A stretch of 64,000 nucleotides of DNA from Octopus bimaculoides. Lineage: Eukaryota. Within the stretch, counting starts at the first letter, position 1. Each line of letters begins with the position of its first letter. Positions 36,900 through 49,402 of the stretch are shown piece by piece. The notes below the pieces were generated by a model that saw nothing but the letters and a program-made list of their open reading frames with translations, did not search any database and was not told the origin of the DNA. Location of the stretch: contig NC_068983.1 of assembly GCF_001194135.2 (NCBI RefSeq), positions 70,807,878 through 70,871,877 of the forward strand, written 5' to 3'. The position numbers were made by a program, and so were the translations under genes.

Positions 36900-37680
36900 A
36901 TCATTTAATATACACAGGATTTAAATGCGAGCTATTATTAGTTTCTAAAAATACAATAGTCAAACTTGTATAGAATAGTGTGCATTTCTAGGCAATTGTT
37001 CACACTCGAAATACAGCATGGCAGCTCTTTGTGAATAAGAGAGAAAGCACGAGAAGAAGAAATTAAGAGAAGGCAGAGGTAAATGAATTATAGGTTGCGT
37101 CCCTTGGGTCCGTTTGAATCTTAATATGGTTGGTGTAATTAATTCAGCAATGAATGGTTTAAGTTTGTGATACTACACGGTTAATCCAGAGAAGGTGGTG
37201 TTTTAATGGAAATTTCGGAGCTAGAATTCAGTAAGTCAGTAGAGTTCGTCGATCTGTACAAAGCCTGCATCTCTTTAATCTGTTATTGTATGGCATGTTT
37301 CGCCCCATGATGTTCCAGGTAATACATTTTGGGGAATTGTTGGAGTTCACATCCCATATATGGCTAGCTAACTTCAAGGTCTCCCTGTTATCCACGTGTC
37401 GGAAAGAACACTGATAGGTGGCATATGATTTTTTTAAAGTCACTTTAGAAAGTAATTTTCTTTCAAGTTTCAGTATCTTAGAGCATTGAAGTAACTTCTG
37501 CTTCAAAAACCACTGAGCTTAACCTTACAGGCTTGGTTGAGTGGGCAGGGTTTTGTTCTCATACAGTTAAAGTTTGGAGTTGATATTTGATGCAGCCTGC
37601 ACCTGATAATATTTTTCATGTTCGGGCAGCAGCTGTATGAAACTTCTACCGAATATCTATTAAATATTTTTAGAGATTAG
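36900..37680 (-). mobile_element. Penelope-like element 3' part (GIY-YIG endonuclease C-terminus and 3' UTR)
   Basis: VEVSYSCCPNMKNII..FNCMRTKPCPLNQAC and SFRHVDNRETLKLASHIWD...ITWNIMGRNMPYNNRLKRCRLC match the Penelope linker and GIY-YIG C-terminal pattern. Confidence 0.8.
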
Positions 37681-37699
37681 ATGCTATCTATATGGAATA

Positions 37700-37990
37700 C
37701 ACCATCAATTAATTACAGACCATGCATTTTCAATTCTATTATGTTATGATCTGAGAAAATTGTTGGTGTTGCCTTCACATCGTGGATACGTTCCATGTTA
37801 TTAGTGGAGGGATGGTCTTAAACGTTGTTTCTGATTGGAAAAAAAGTATGTCTTGCTCCATGAACATCATTTTAGTGATATCAAGCAGGAATTCTACCAA
37901 ATTGGCCTCTTTGCTTGTTATTCCTGAGATTATGTCACCTTCAGGTTATCTGATGACGAGGATGTTGAAGTAGGATATCTCGCTCGGAGA
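37700..37990 (-). mobile_element. CR1-like endonuclease fragment, same family as 1-394
   Basis: PEGDIISG...LLDITKMMFMEQ, then after a frameshift IHDVKATPTIFSDHN, the SDH catalytic motif. Confidence 0.65.
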
Positions 37991-38106
37991 TCTAATAAAG
38001 CTTTTTTCTTTTCTTTTTTTTTTCCGAGATCAGCGACGGTTTGTCGCTGGAAAAGGCATATAGTATTTTGCGAGTGGAGTGAGTTTTCATTACTAGCTGG
38101 TGATTA

Positions 38107-38153
38107 ACACACGCTGAGGACGGGTAACCACCCGAAAACTCGAATCCGTGTGT
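38107..38153 (+). ncRNA. Minimal type I hammerhead ribozyme motif
   Basis: ACACACG-CTGAGGA-C-GGGT-AACC-ACCC-GAAA-ACTCGA-ATC-CGTGTGT. Stem I is 7/7 bp and stem II 4/4 bp, with a TCGA palindrome in stem III; stem III itself is imperfect. Confidence 0.7.
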
Positions 38154-38344
38154 ATCACGTAAGGATAGAGATGGGAGCGATGACCGTCCCTCGCAAATAT
38201 TAATCGGAGGCAGAATGTGTGTCGTTAGCCAGCTGGAAGAGAGGTTTTTTCTGGTGTTATAAGAGAGACCGAGAGAGATAAGAAGAGAGACAGCATAGCG
38301 ACGGTTTTGGCTGACTGTCATCCTGTACTCCCGTTGTTGCTAGC

Positions 38345-38680
38345 GAAATGGTATGTGCCATCGTCGATGTATCTAGAAAGGAAAGTCGATGTATCTAGAA
38401 AGGAAAGTGCATGAGAGGCAGATGTTTAGCGCTGTGCGTTCGTTCTGGTCCATGAACGAGATGGCTAGCAAGCCTGCAAGGATGGATCCCATCGGCAGGC
38501 CTGAGATTTGTTCAAATGTTTCGTCATCCAATTGGAATTCAATGAATTGGAATTCAATGACGAGGTATTTAAACAGATCTCTAACTACCGATGCAATCCA
38601 ACCTCTCAGGCCTGCTGGACCTGCTGGAACGACTTTATACAACTACCTTCTTTAAATTACACCTTACAGTGCCTTAAAAA
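38345..38680 (-). mobile_element. Penelope-like reverse transcriptase fragment
   Basis: EFQLDDETFEQISGLPMGSILAGLLAISFMDQNE...RYIDDG shows the PLE-type Q..G.PMGS and YxDD motifs. Internal 22-bp (38363-38406) and 15-bp (~38531-38560) tandem duplications are present. Confidence 0.82.
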
Positions 38681-38691
38681 AAAACTACCTC

Positions 38692-38768
<77 letters not shown>

Positions 38769-38809
38769 TGTTTGTGTGTGAATGTGTGTGTGTGTGCTTG
38801 CGTGTGTGT

Positions 38810-39000
38810 GTGTTTACGTTGATGTTTGTCCCTCACCACTGCTGTATTCACGTTCTTGTGACTTAGTTCTGAAAAAAAAGGGAAGATACAATAAGTGCCA
38901 AACTTAAAAAGAGTTTTAAAAAGTACTAGGATCGATTCATTTAACAAAAATTCTTCAAGGCGGCGTTCCAGCATCGCCGCAGTCTAATAACTGAAACAGG
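38810..39000 (+). mobile_element. SINE family B, 3' half, decayed
   Basis: tgtttgtccctcacc...gtgacttagttc...gatacaataagtgcca...aggcggcgttccagcat.gccgcagtctaataactgaaaca. Confidence 0.7.
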
Positions 39001-40129
39001 TAAAAGATAATAAGAAACTTCTTGAATTAAGAAAGATATCTTTTAATCGTTTTTAAATGTGTGCGCGCGCGCGTGTGTATGTGCATGCGTGCAGAGTGTT
39101 TTCCAATATTAGTTATTCGTTATGTAGGTGCCAGTATGTATCTGAAACAGGTATAATTCTCAGTAACTCGCAACATTCCATTATTCTGAATTACATAATA
39201 ATAATTATTATTCCTTTATTTTTTGCCTACTGGTTTCACTCATTGGAAAGCGATCATACTAAAGCAACGACTTAGAGTATATAATAGGTCGTATCAAACC
39301 CTGCAATCTTTTTAGCCTAGTAATTAATTTATCGATCATTGTTTCTTGGTCGCTTAAATTGCGGTACATAAAGGGAAACAACTTACATAGAACACTGGTG
39401 TGAACATAGACACACACGGACATAGTTACACAATTTTGGTGCTATAGTTGATCGGACAACGGTACACTGATAAGAGCAAATGCTGTGTGTCTGGTGGGGG
39501 AGAGGGAGTGAGAGAGAGGAAGAGAAAGAACGAGTGAGACATACAGAAAGGAAGAGGGAGAGATAGGGCGCGTGCTATAGGATCACATGAATCTAGGAAA
39601 TACAGTATTAGTTGGTTTGAGATAATTTATGACTGAAATTACACAATTTAGTTACACTCTGGTACGCACACACACACATACGCACACGCACACAAACACA
39701 TACACACACATACACACACGCATGCACACGTAATCACCTACACATTGTCAGAGTATTCAGGCTAACTTTGACGATTTTTATGTCTCTTTTTTTTCCAGGA
39801 ACAGAACAGCTTAATGTATTGGTGAACAGTCAACGGCGTTGGGGAACAGAAATTACAGTTGTAATTGAGAAAACAGTTTGCTGACATGGTGGGTTCGGAA
39901 GCCATCTGAACATTGGAAAAGAATTATCTGTATCATGACGATTTGCGCCAGATATCAAAATTCCGACATCACGACTGCTGCCCAATGCTATGTGAATACT
40001 AAAAGCAGTAAGACATGACACGGACAGCTGTAAAGGGGAACTAAGCAGCCGTAGCCAGCAGGAATGGACATAGCTGGTGTTCTGACTGCGTTCGCACGCT
40101 GAGATTCATCCCCACATCATTTAACAGAG

Positions 40130-40645
40130 CCTTAGGCTCAAATCTGATGGTTATGTGAAGCTACTGGAGAACGTGGTCAAACCCCGGTTGGAAGGTCAAA
40201 TGTGTGGCAGCAGAATTTGGACTCCTTACCATATCTCCGGAAAGAGTCATAAGTGGTTGTCGGAAAATTTCTACGACTTCATCAGCCCCAATTTCTTGTT
40301 TCCTAATCCTCCTCCTGATTGTAATCGCTTGGATTACTATGTGCAGTGTGCGGTTGAGGAACATACCAGCCGCTCTGGCTGCAACACTCAGTCCGAGCTG
40401 GTTTCCAAGATCAAGGTAGTGTTCGAAGATCATCCCAGGGACACAATGAAGATCGCATGCGCCAGGTTTCGGAACCGTCTTGAGGTCGCGGTAGAAGCTG
40501 AGAAAAGTTATTTTGGGTTGACTGTTTTTTCCCATCCACAATCTAGTTGATGTCTTTTTTTATTCCTTAAAGTAATTTTATTTCTGGGTGTGATATTGTG
40601 CTTTTCCTTAGGTGCAAACTCTCAAATTCAGTCTGAAGATCACGT
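40130..40645 (+). mobile_element. maT/DD37D-like Tc1/mariner 3' fragment
   Basis: KLLENVVKP...SHKWLSENFYDF...PPPDCNRLDYYV...CNTQSELVSKIKVVF...ACARFRNRLEVAVEAEKSYF. Confidence 0.8.
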
Positions 40646-40889
40646 ATGCATATAATTCTATGCTCCCATTACAATCATACACACATGCATACATGCATTC
40701 ACATATATCTACATATATGTATGCGCGCGTGCATATGTGTGTGCGTACACACACATATGTACTTAAGCATTGTGTATATATCTAGTAGTTAACCGGTGAA
40801 GTACGTTCACTACCTATGGCTACCTAACATCATACATGATATTTATACAATTGTTGCTGGATCTACCTCAAGAAATCCTGTGTTTTCGT

Positions 40890-40949
<60 letters not shown>

Positions 40950-41129
40950 AAGTAATGGTTGTTATAACCTCAACGTGCTTGTTCCGAAGAGAACTATGCT
41001 ACTACTCTTTTTAATCCCAGGGGAACATCTCCTCTAGCTAGTTAACGACATACTGTCTGTGTCTCTAATATTGCAAACAAATGAGCGAACAACTCTCACC
41101 CAGCATTGACAGGACCAGTAGATCAGCGC

Positions 41130-41330
41130 TGGTTTCAGAGTTTTACCCTCCCTCAGTACTGGTATACCTGTCTGCTACACATGGCAGACGTTCATCCCAG
41201 TTCGCAATATATAAATATATCGATGTTACAAAACGCAATGGTAAAACTTCCGAGATCGATATTGATAACTGGGAGGCATTGGCTGAAAAGCGTGTATGAT
41301 AGAAAAAGGTTAGCCAAAAATACTTGCGAT
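41130..41330 (+). mobile_element. RTE-like LINE RT C-terminal remnant
   Basis: THGRRSS...YKYIDVTKRNGKTSEIDIDNWEALAEKR resembles the RTE G.R..GRP.LRYKD..KR.......WE.LA.DR pattern. Confidence 0.6.
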
Positions 41331-41724
41331 ACGCTTCCCCACCCCCACTCCGATGCGGTACGTTTGTAATAAGTTTGGTTTAATTTGCAAGTCATCGGCC
41401 TGAATAGATAGGGTAAAGTACGTGGGGTCACAACGCAGCTAATGGTGCCGGAATAGTTGAAGTGTTTCATGTGTGAACTTGCTTGCTAGGCTAAAGATCC
41501 ACCTTAGTACACATGGTCATGCAATTTTCCATGGAAGGATGGCACTCTTCTGACAAACAAGGCGCAATATACACACAGTTACACACCCATGCACATATGA
41601 GTGTGTGTGTGCGCGCGTGCGCGCGTGCACATCACATATGTATATATATATATATATATTCGCCATGCTAGACCGCTGAAATCTACAAGTTTTCTTTCTC
41701 TCTCTTATTTTGTCATATTCCTCT

Positions 41725-41752
41725 GTGTTGAAGAGCGCAGGCTCGAAACGTA
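41725..41752 (+). ncRNA. Degenerate hammerhead motif (Penelope terminal-repeat family)
   Basis: GTGTTGA-A-GAGC-GCAG-GCTC-GAAA-C-GTA. Stem II is perfect; the CUGANGA core has two substitutions. Confidence 0.45.
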
Positions 41753-41849
41753 AAAGACCTTTTCATTTTCCCGAGCGTCAAACTTGCTTGTTGTTCATAC
41801 ACCTATCCTCGTCTTTAGTTTCTATAAATTTAAACTATATATATATGTG

Positions 41850-41884
<35 letters not shown>

Positions 41885-42749
41885 ATCTATACCGATGTAT
41901 ACACTCACAGGCATACACACACATATGCAAATACACAATGATATGCATTTTTTCTTTAAATCGTCACAAATTGTATTTTCATGCGCTGCTCATTCCTTCT
42001 CTGTTTTTAATTTCCTCTACATTACTAAAACCTAAAAGTCTATATAGAATTCTGTCTAGAACACTATATATTATGCCCTGTTTTTTATGGAACAATTTAC
42101 TTCCCTTATTCATGTAGATGTGGTCCACTCATACTATTTTGTTTGGCATATACCATGTTATACCTACTTTCCTGCTTTTGTAAACATATCTATCGTACCT
42201 ACTTCACGATACATTTATCTTTATTCACCACTTCACTTACACGTGTCTCTATGTGTTTGATCGACGAAGTGAGATTAAAAGTAGAATCTCCCTGTATTAT
42301 TTATCTATCTTTTTTAGAAAGTTTCTCGAATAATTCTTTTTTGACCAGATGTCATTTTCGGGATTCAATTTCTTCTAAAATTATGGTTGTTAATTTTTGT
42401 CTTGATGGTTTCCTTATTGTTTCGTCCAGGGACTCTATACATACCTTTCTATTCCATACAGCACCACCTGATTTTATTTTATTTGAGGCAAGTACAGTGG
42501 ATTGTTAGAAGTAGAGTCTTGTTTAGTAGTAATTAGATAATTCCCTTCCAGACTTCTCAGCTCGAGTCCCACATAGGTTGACTTCGCTTTCTGTCCCAGA
42601 ATATGTGGCCGTGTGCCTCTATTAAATCTTGTAATTAGAGAGCAGTGTATTGTGAAATCGGGTAGAACGTCAAACAATATGCATTATGCAATTTAGCTGC
42701 GTTCTTTACGTTGAGAATTTAAATGCCGCCGCGTTCACGTTTGATATTC

Positions 42750-43950
42750 ATTCTCCAAGGGTCGTAAAACGAGAACCAGTCAAACACTGAGGTTGTTGAT
42801 GTAACTGACTGCCTCATTTCCCCTAATACTTTGATGATATTAAATTATAGACAACGCTTTCCCTCATGTTTTGGCTTTCTTTTATGAAAGAAATAATTAT
42901 ATCCAAAGTTAAATGTAGCTTGCTATTTTTATCATTATACATACAAACAATATCAAGTTGTTGCGTGCTGGCTGACTTGCCTTATAATGTCATAAGTCAC
43001 TTCAAGATTAAACTGACTTTAAGGCAGTCGTTGTAAAGACAATTTATGAGTGGTTTTGGTATTTTTACATCATCCCGAGAACACTTGCTTGTTTTTAGAA
43101 TCAATGAGTTCAATAATTCGCTGAAGTACTCAACTACATTAATAGCTTCTTGAAAATATCATAGTCAAATTTAAATTCTGACATTTCCAACACGTTTCTT
43201 CATTTGTATTTCATCACTGTTATATTTATCATAAACTTACTCGTATTTAAAGAAACCAACAATCTGGTTTCGAACGTGGATTCTGCATTTATCTGTTATG
43301 CTTTGACATAGTAATAGTCGATATAATGTAATAAGTATTCCCTTGCAAGTCCCTAGCTATCTACGTGGTTCACACGTCTCTCATCACTATTTGTGCAGGG
43401 AAATAATTGGTATGATTCTCATAAATATTCCTTTTCTTCACGTTCCGCCATAGAAGCAGGCAAATCCGATATTATTGAATTCCTTGTTGTTCGTAACCAT
43501 TGCAAATCTTTAAGTAGAGATTAAATACTTTCAGTAATAAGTTTAAACATAAATCCTTTTATCAATTTTTTCGCACTTGTCTTTAACGCTTTCACACTGA
43601 TTCTAAAGTGTTCCACACATTTAAAATTACTTTAGCAGATTTTCATCACTTACCACATGACAAGCGGAATTTATATTCTTTAAATAACTAACACGGATCG
43701 CACAAAATGCAGTTACGTAGATTTACATGTCTTATATGCTTTTCTTATACGCTGTAATTTTGTGTTCCCCGACACATATGTTCAGTGTTAGTTTTAATTG
43801 TCAAATGTATACGAGCGGAACCCACGCAAAAATTAAGAAGCAAAAATTTGAAGACCATCCTTGGCTAGCTTGAAAACTTTGTTTTCCATTTGCCAGGTAT
43901 TGAAGCTATAATATTCGGACGTGTTTCATTATGTTAAGAATTTCCATAAT
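42750..43950 (-). mobile_element. Possible very old pogo/Tigger-like DNA transposon relic
   Basis: Heavily interrupted minus-strand frames contain SFQASQGWSSNF (cf. CENP-B-type F.AS.GWL..F) and NSDE (cf. N.DE). Weak. Confidence 0.28.
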
Positions 43951-44034
43951 AACTTCATTTTCGGTCCACAGTTTAGCTTCGTCACTCGAACACAAAGTAA
44001 CAAGCGGAATAATATTATCGATAGTTAGATCATA

Positions 44035-44465
44035 GGCGCAGTCAAAGCTATGTACATGAGGAGCTTGCTTCCTAAACATATGCTCTTTGGTTGAGGCTCC
44101 CTGTGTGGAACCTTGGGCAAGTTTCTTCTACTATATTCCCTGGTCAACCAAAGCCTTATGAGTGCATTTGATCCATAGAAACTGAAAGAAGCTCATCACA
44201 TATATACGTATGTGTGTGTGTGTGTATGTGTGTGTGTGTGTGTGTGCGTTTGTTTATTTTTTGTGTTTGTCCCCATCATCAGTTGACGATAGCTGTTGAG
44301 ATTTGTTTATTCTCCGTAATATAGCGCTTCGGCAAAGTGACCAACAGAATTAATACCAGGGTGTTTTTTAAAATGTCCTAGGATCGATTTGTTCGACTGA
44401 TCCCTTAAAGGCAGTACTGAAGCCTAGCCGCACTACAATGACTGGAAGAAGTAAAAGAGAAAAGA
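44035..44465 (+). mobile_element. SINE family B, decayed full-length copy
   Basis: taggcgcag...gagcttgcttcc...ccttgggcaagtttcttctactat...caaagcctt...gaaactgaaagaagc-(TG)n-tttgtcccc...aaggcagtact; similar to 55098-55495. Confidence 0.8.
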
Positions 44466-44974
44466 TACATGATTTAGCTTATTTGCCATTAATTAATAGT
44501 TTATAGGTTAATGACCAATTCCAAAAAATCATTTTATTGAGAATGATACCTTAAAGGCTAGCATGACCAACCAAACTGTTTCTTATAAGATCCGCTGAGA
44601 CTTCATTGTTGTTTTCTTTGTACGCATTAATATATTTCTTAAAATGTCTTGGGAATTGTGTAATTTTGTTTCTAAAGAAGCAGTAAGTAAACATATCTAT
44701 GACCATGGCATTCACACTCCCTCATCACTATTCATATTGCTATGGTCGATGATCAATTTGAATATCAGAAAGTTGACGTCATGACTGAAAATTTTGGATT
44801 GGATGGGAATTTCAGAGAGTTAGTTCTCTGAAGAGAAATTGAAAATTGATTTGGAGCCTAGCTGAAAGACACTATGAATGGTAAGAAGAGGTGTGTTGGA
44901 CGTGTCAAGTGAGTCTAAATGGAATTCAAAGCAGTAGAGTCCGTTTTGATAGCAATGGGAAAGTTTGAGTGGCT

Positions 44975-44981
44975 GAGAGAG

Positions 44982-45055
<74 letters not shown>
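44975..45055. repeat. (GA)n microsatellite
   Basis: Read directly. Confidence 0.95.
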
Positions 45056-45056
<1 letters not shown>

Positions 45057-46149
45057 AAGCAAAAAGATTCAGAGAAAGCAAAATAATCGGAAGTTGTAGT
45101 GTGTGTCTTAGCACACCAAAAGGATTATGGTCTCGCATGTGTTCTGGGATGTTTGCGCCTGTAACTGGAGCACTGTACCAGCTATAACGGCAATACACAA
45201 CATATTTTATATGTGTCCAGCATGCTGGGAATCGACTAAATCTCTAACGGGCGAGTTATTTAAATATATATTGATTTTTTGCGCTTTTGTGTGCCTATTA
45301 TTGCTCTTTCTCTCTGAACAACTGTTCGAAAATTATCCCTTTTAATATGTTCCTGCTATCATACAGGCACAAAATAAACATATTTTTATTGTCTTAATCG
45401 GTGGAAGGTCTTCGTAGGTTGCACTTTGCGTGGAATCAGCAGTTGGCAGAAAGAAAGCATGAAGTTATCCCCAAATCAGAAACCAGGCGTAGATACTTGC
45501 AACTGAAGGCTGCTTATTGCCAGTTTTATTTGATGTCTTCATTTAGTTCTATTCTGGATTAAGTGTTGTACTCTGAAACTAGTTATAACTCTATAGTGCT
45601 AGTTGATGTTGATTTGGCTCTCATCCATTCAGTAGTTTAGTAACACTCGTGTGGATACTTCTCCAAAACTGCAAGCACCTTCTCTCCAGACTTTCAGCGC
45701 TACTATATTTAGATGCATTTGTATATATATTTAGATAAATAATCGACATTCTGTTGGTATTATGCGCTATAATTCTAAAAACACTCTTCAGACACACTCC
45801 ATTTGTAACAGTGGTAGACACTGTTCGTTTGTATTACTATGAAAGGTGTACTGAATTTCTGAACTTAGTCCTAATTGTAATATTTAATATGCATCGTAAT
45901 ATCATTATTACTATGCTATTCAAAGAATATATAAATTCATCATGCACGAAATAAATCCTGTTTAGAGTTTCTGCACACACTTTTTTTTAACAATTGTTTT
46001 ATTATTCACACATGTTTTATGTTTCCATATCATTGTACTTTCGTAGCTTACCAGCATTTGTCTGCGAAGCATTTCGTTCAGAATATCAGTGCAATAAATA
46101 AATAGATAAATAAATAAAAGAATGAAACATTTACGAATCATTTATTTTT

Positions 46150-46950
46150 TTTATTCTTTATGTGGGTTTAGTGTATTTGATGCAAAAAAGCATAGTAGCA
46201 TAATTGTAAATCGCCAGACAAAATCCCTTTTCGTATTATAATTTTTTTCTTCGTTTCATGCCGCAAGTACTCTGTCTTTCATCCTGCTGAATTCGTTGTA
46301 TAACTGCCTATTTATATTCGAAGATTGATTCTATGTACTTTATCATCAACTTTCAGTTTATGTGCTTGAGCCAATGAATGAAATATTTTTTGTATTTTAA
46401 TGTTCCATGTCTTCGTTACTGACCCCCTTTTTCGAGAGTTCATTGTAAATATCGTCCCCACTGGTGCATTCATTCTCTTAATTCCAATATTCTATAAGTA
46501 TTTATTTTTCACTGAATATTAGATCTCCGATAGGTGACATTATGTATTGGAAATATAGTTCATCATATAAAAATGTAGGTTTAAGTTTTCATTAATATTC
46601 AGATACACTTTTATTTAGCTATATTGTTTCTTCTTGAATTTTAACATAATTATGTTTAGTCAGTATTTTGTTTTTTGATAGCAGAATCTAAGTTTTAACA
46701 TTCGGATAACCGTAATATTTTCCAGTTTGCAGTCTTCTTCTATCTTTGCCGTTTTGATTTCAATTTTAGTTGATCAGAGTGTATTTATATCACTTACAAG
46801 ATTTATTTCATAGAAATGTTCCTCGATACATTGATGAACTTATTTTCAAATCTTTTTATTCACAGTGGCATTTTAAATTGACTGATTACTGTGTATTTCA
46901 ACTTCTAGTTGTTCGATTGTTTTAGACACTGAACGTATGCAAACAATGAA
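46150..46950 (-). mobile_element. Highly decayed RLE-type (R4-like) reverse transcriptase relic
   Basis: KIIIRKGILSGDL...MLFCI (cf. I.RGI.QGD.LSPL.FC), YKKYFIHWLK (cf. YKKAFDSVPH.WL) and KEPTIWDFIVCI. Many stops and frameshifts. Confidence 0.4.
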
Positions 46951-48001
46951 ATCCCAGATGGTCGGTTCTTTAAGTAGCAATAAGTTTTCACTGACAATGT
47001 CGTAAATCACAATAACAGAAGCTCTGTTGTTATCGTATCAATTCTAATCAGATGGAACATTCCTGCAGCGGTCTTTTACAGAATAAAACATTTCCTTGAA
47101 TCTTATTATAACCCCTTCAGTCCTAATAATCCTTCTGCTTAAATTTAAGAAGAATTTTTATTTATCATTTTTATCAGTTTCCTATGTTAAACATGTTTGT
47201 ATTGTGCATGTACTGAGGTTGCTTATTTATTAGTTTGCTACTGACGACTTTGTTTTATCAACTTGGAATTAAATTCCCCTTCATCAATTGCCTTTCTCTT
47301 CAAAGGTGTTGCATATTGATGCAGATTTTTCAGAGCAAAATAACTGAATTGTGCATGAAATATTAAGTTCTTTGTGTTATCATAATTTTTTTCTTTTATA
47401 GATGATATTCAAGGCAAATCTCTATTTACTACTCTAATGCGAATAACAACAGTTGAGATTTACTGTTGTTACTTTTTTTCCGCCGACATACAAACACCGT
47501 TCTTCATATTTTTTAGTTGACTTTTGGTTCTATTGTTGTTTCCTGTGATGATGTTTGTTACTGTCGTCTAGGGAACAATTTGATATTATTTCGCTCGAAT
47601 AATGATATGATAGAAGGGGTTTGATAATTGACTTTCACATCAAAATGTGAAGATGTTAAAAATACTGGAAACAGATTATCAATTGAGTGGGTATAATATT
47701 TAGTAAACTTTGAAGAATAATCCTCTCTGACTGAGTGAACGTTTTTTTTTTCTTGTGTTTGCAAATATCTTCGTCATATTTATTCCTTCCTATTTTTATG
47801 AAAGTATCTCTCTGTGTGTATACGGTACAGTACTGCTGTATATGTTCATTTATGTATTTACTGAGGACATGGTATGATAAATACATGTTATTGCACATCT
47901 ATACATGCATATGCACCAACATATATAAACGCACGTATACCTGCACGAGCGTGAACTTGTATGTGTGTACGAAACTAATATACACGTTGGAAAATTATAA
48001 T

Positions 48002-48215
48002 AATTTTTATTAAAGGCACAAGGCCAGAAATTTTGGGTGAGGAGGCCAATCGAATAGATTGACCCCAGTATGCAACTGGTACTTAATTTATCGACCCCGA
48101 AAAGATGAAAGGTGAAGTCGACCTCGGCGGAATTTGAAGTCAGAACGTGGCGGCAGACGAAATACCACTAAGCATTTCGCCTGGCGTGCTAAAGCTTCTG
48201 CCAGCTCGCCGCCTT
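48002..48215 (-). mobile_element. SINE family A, well-preserved copy with an 18-bp target-site duplication
   Basis: Minus strand begins aaggcggcgagctggcagaa... with B-box-like gacttcaaattcc. TSD acgttggaaaattataat is identical at 47984-48001 and 48216-48233. Confidence 0.93.
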
Positions 48216-49353
48216 ACGTTGGAAAATTATAATGACTGACAATAATTCAGATTTGCCAACTTTTTAGTCGTCACCCACCCGATTTTAAAATTTCTTCCTC
48301 GAGGAACCAAAAGGGCCTAGCTAATGACGATTTCATTCCCGTCTATGCCATAACTTAAGTCAGATGAATAGCAGTAAGTCAAAGTATTTGGAATCTTCCA
48401 AAAATATTTCATTATCTATTTCTGGGTTACAGTGTGAAGAGTGTAAATGTAATGCTGTAATGTAAGTGGAGCCTGTGGGAATTTCATTTTTATATGAAAT
48501 GTTTAGCTCGTATTTTAATTCAATCATTATTTATTTTGTTTTCAATGAGACAGTAGTTAGAGATACTTAGAAGGGATGGAATTTAGTTACATGATGCAGT
48601 AGCAGTAAAGAGAGCTGCCTGCAAAATTTAGTGGTAGACCAATTAGGTATTGTATATAGCATTTGAAATATATTTTAGGAACAGAAACACAGTATGAATG
48701 GCGAGAATGTAAAATGTGGAGGTAACCGGGAAGGTTAGGATGGAAAAGTGTGACCGCTGGTATATTCTAAAGAGGACATTACTCTAGTAAAATATAGACA
48801 GAATAAAGAATGATGGGTTGTAGATCACTTCCTATAAGGCTACCTTATAAGTGTAGTCCACAATTTTCTTCTATACATGAATGCTAGTAACTGAAGAATA
48901 CCAAATAGTTATGATATTTCATAGTGATGATTATAATAGTAACTGAACCTCTAAACGAAATTTGTTCTCTGCGCTGGTAGGTAAAATTTATGATGGCTTT
49001 TGCTAAATTTCCTTCTTTCGTACTTTTGAAATTTGAAATATTGTTTGGTATTTTTAACTCCGTTACCAATTTTCATATCAATCTCTTAGTTGTTCTTAGT
49101 TGCTATCGTGCTACAATTGGTACACATTCTATAATAACTTCACGAAATCTCCTTCGATTCCCTCTAGTGCTCTTAGTATATCATCAGTTTTCACGGAATC
49201 AAAAGCTTTTCAAATGATGATGATGATGATGATGAGGAGGATTATGATGATGATGACAACAACAACAATATAACATCGAATATCAGTATCCCTTGAATCC
49301 GGTGTTTATGATCTATATCAGCATGTTATAATCCAGAAAGCAATGTATAAGCA

Positions 49354-49402
<49 letters not shown>

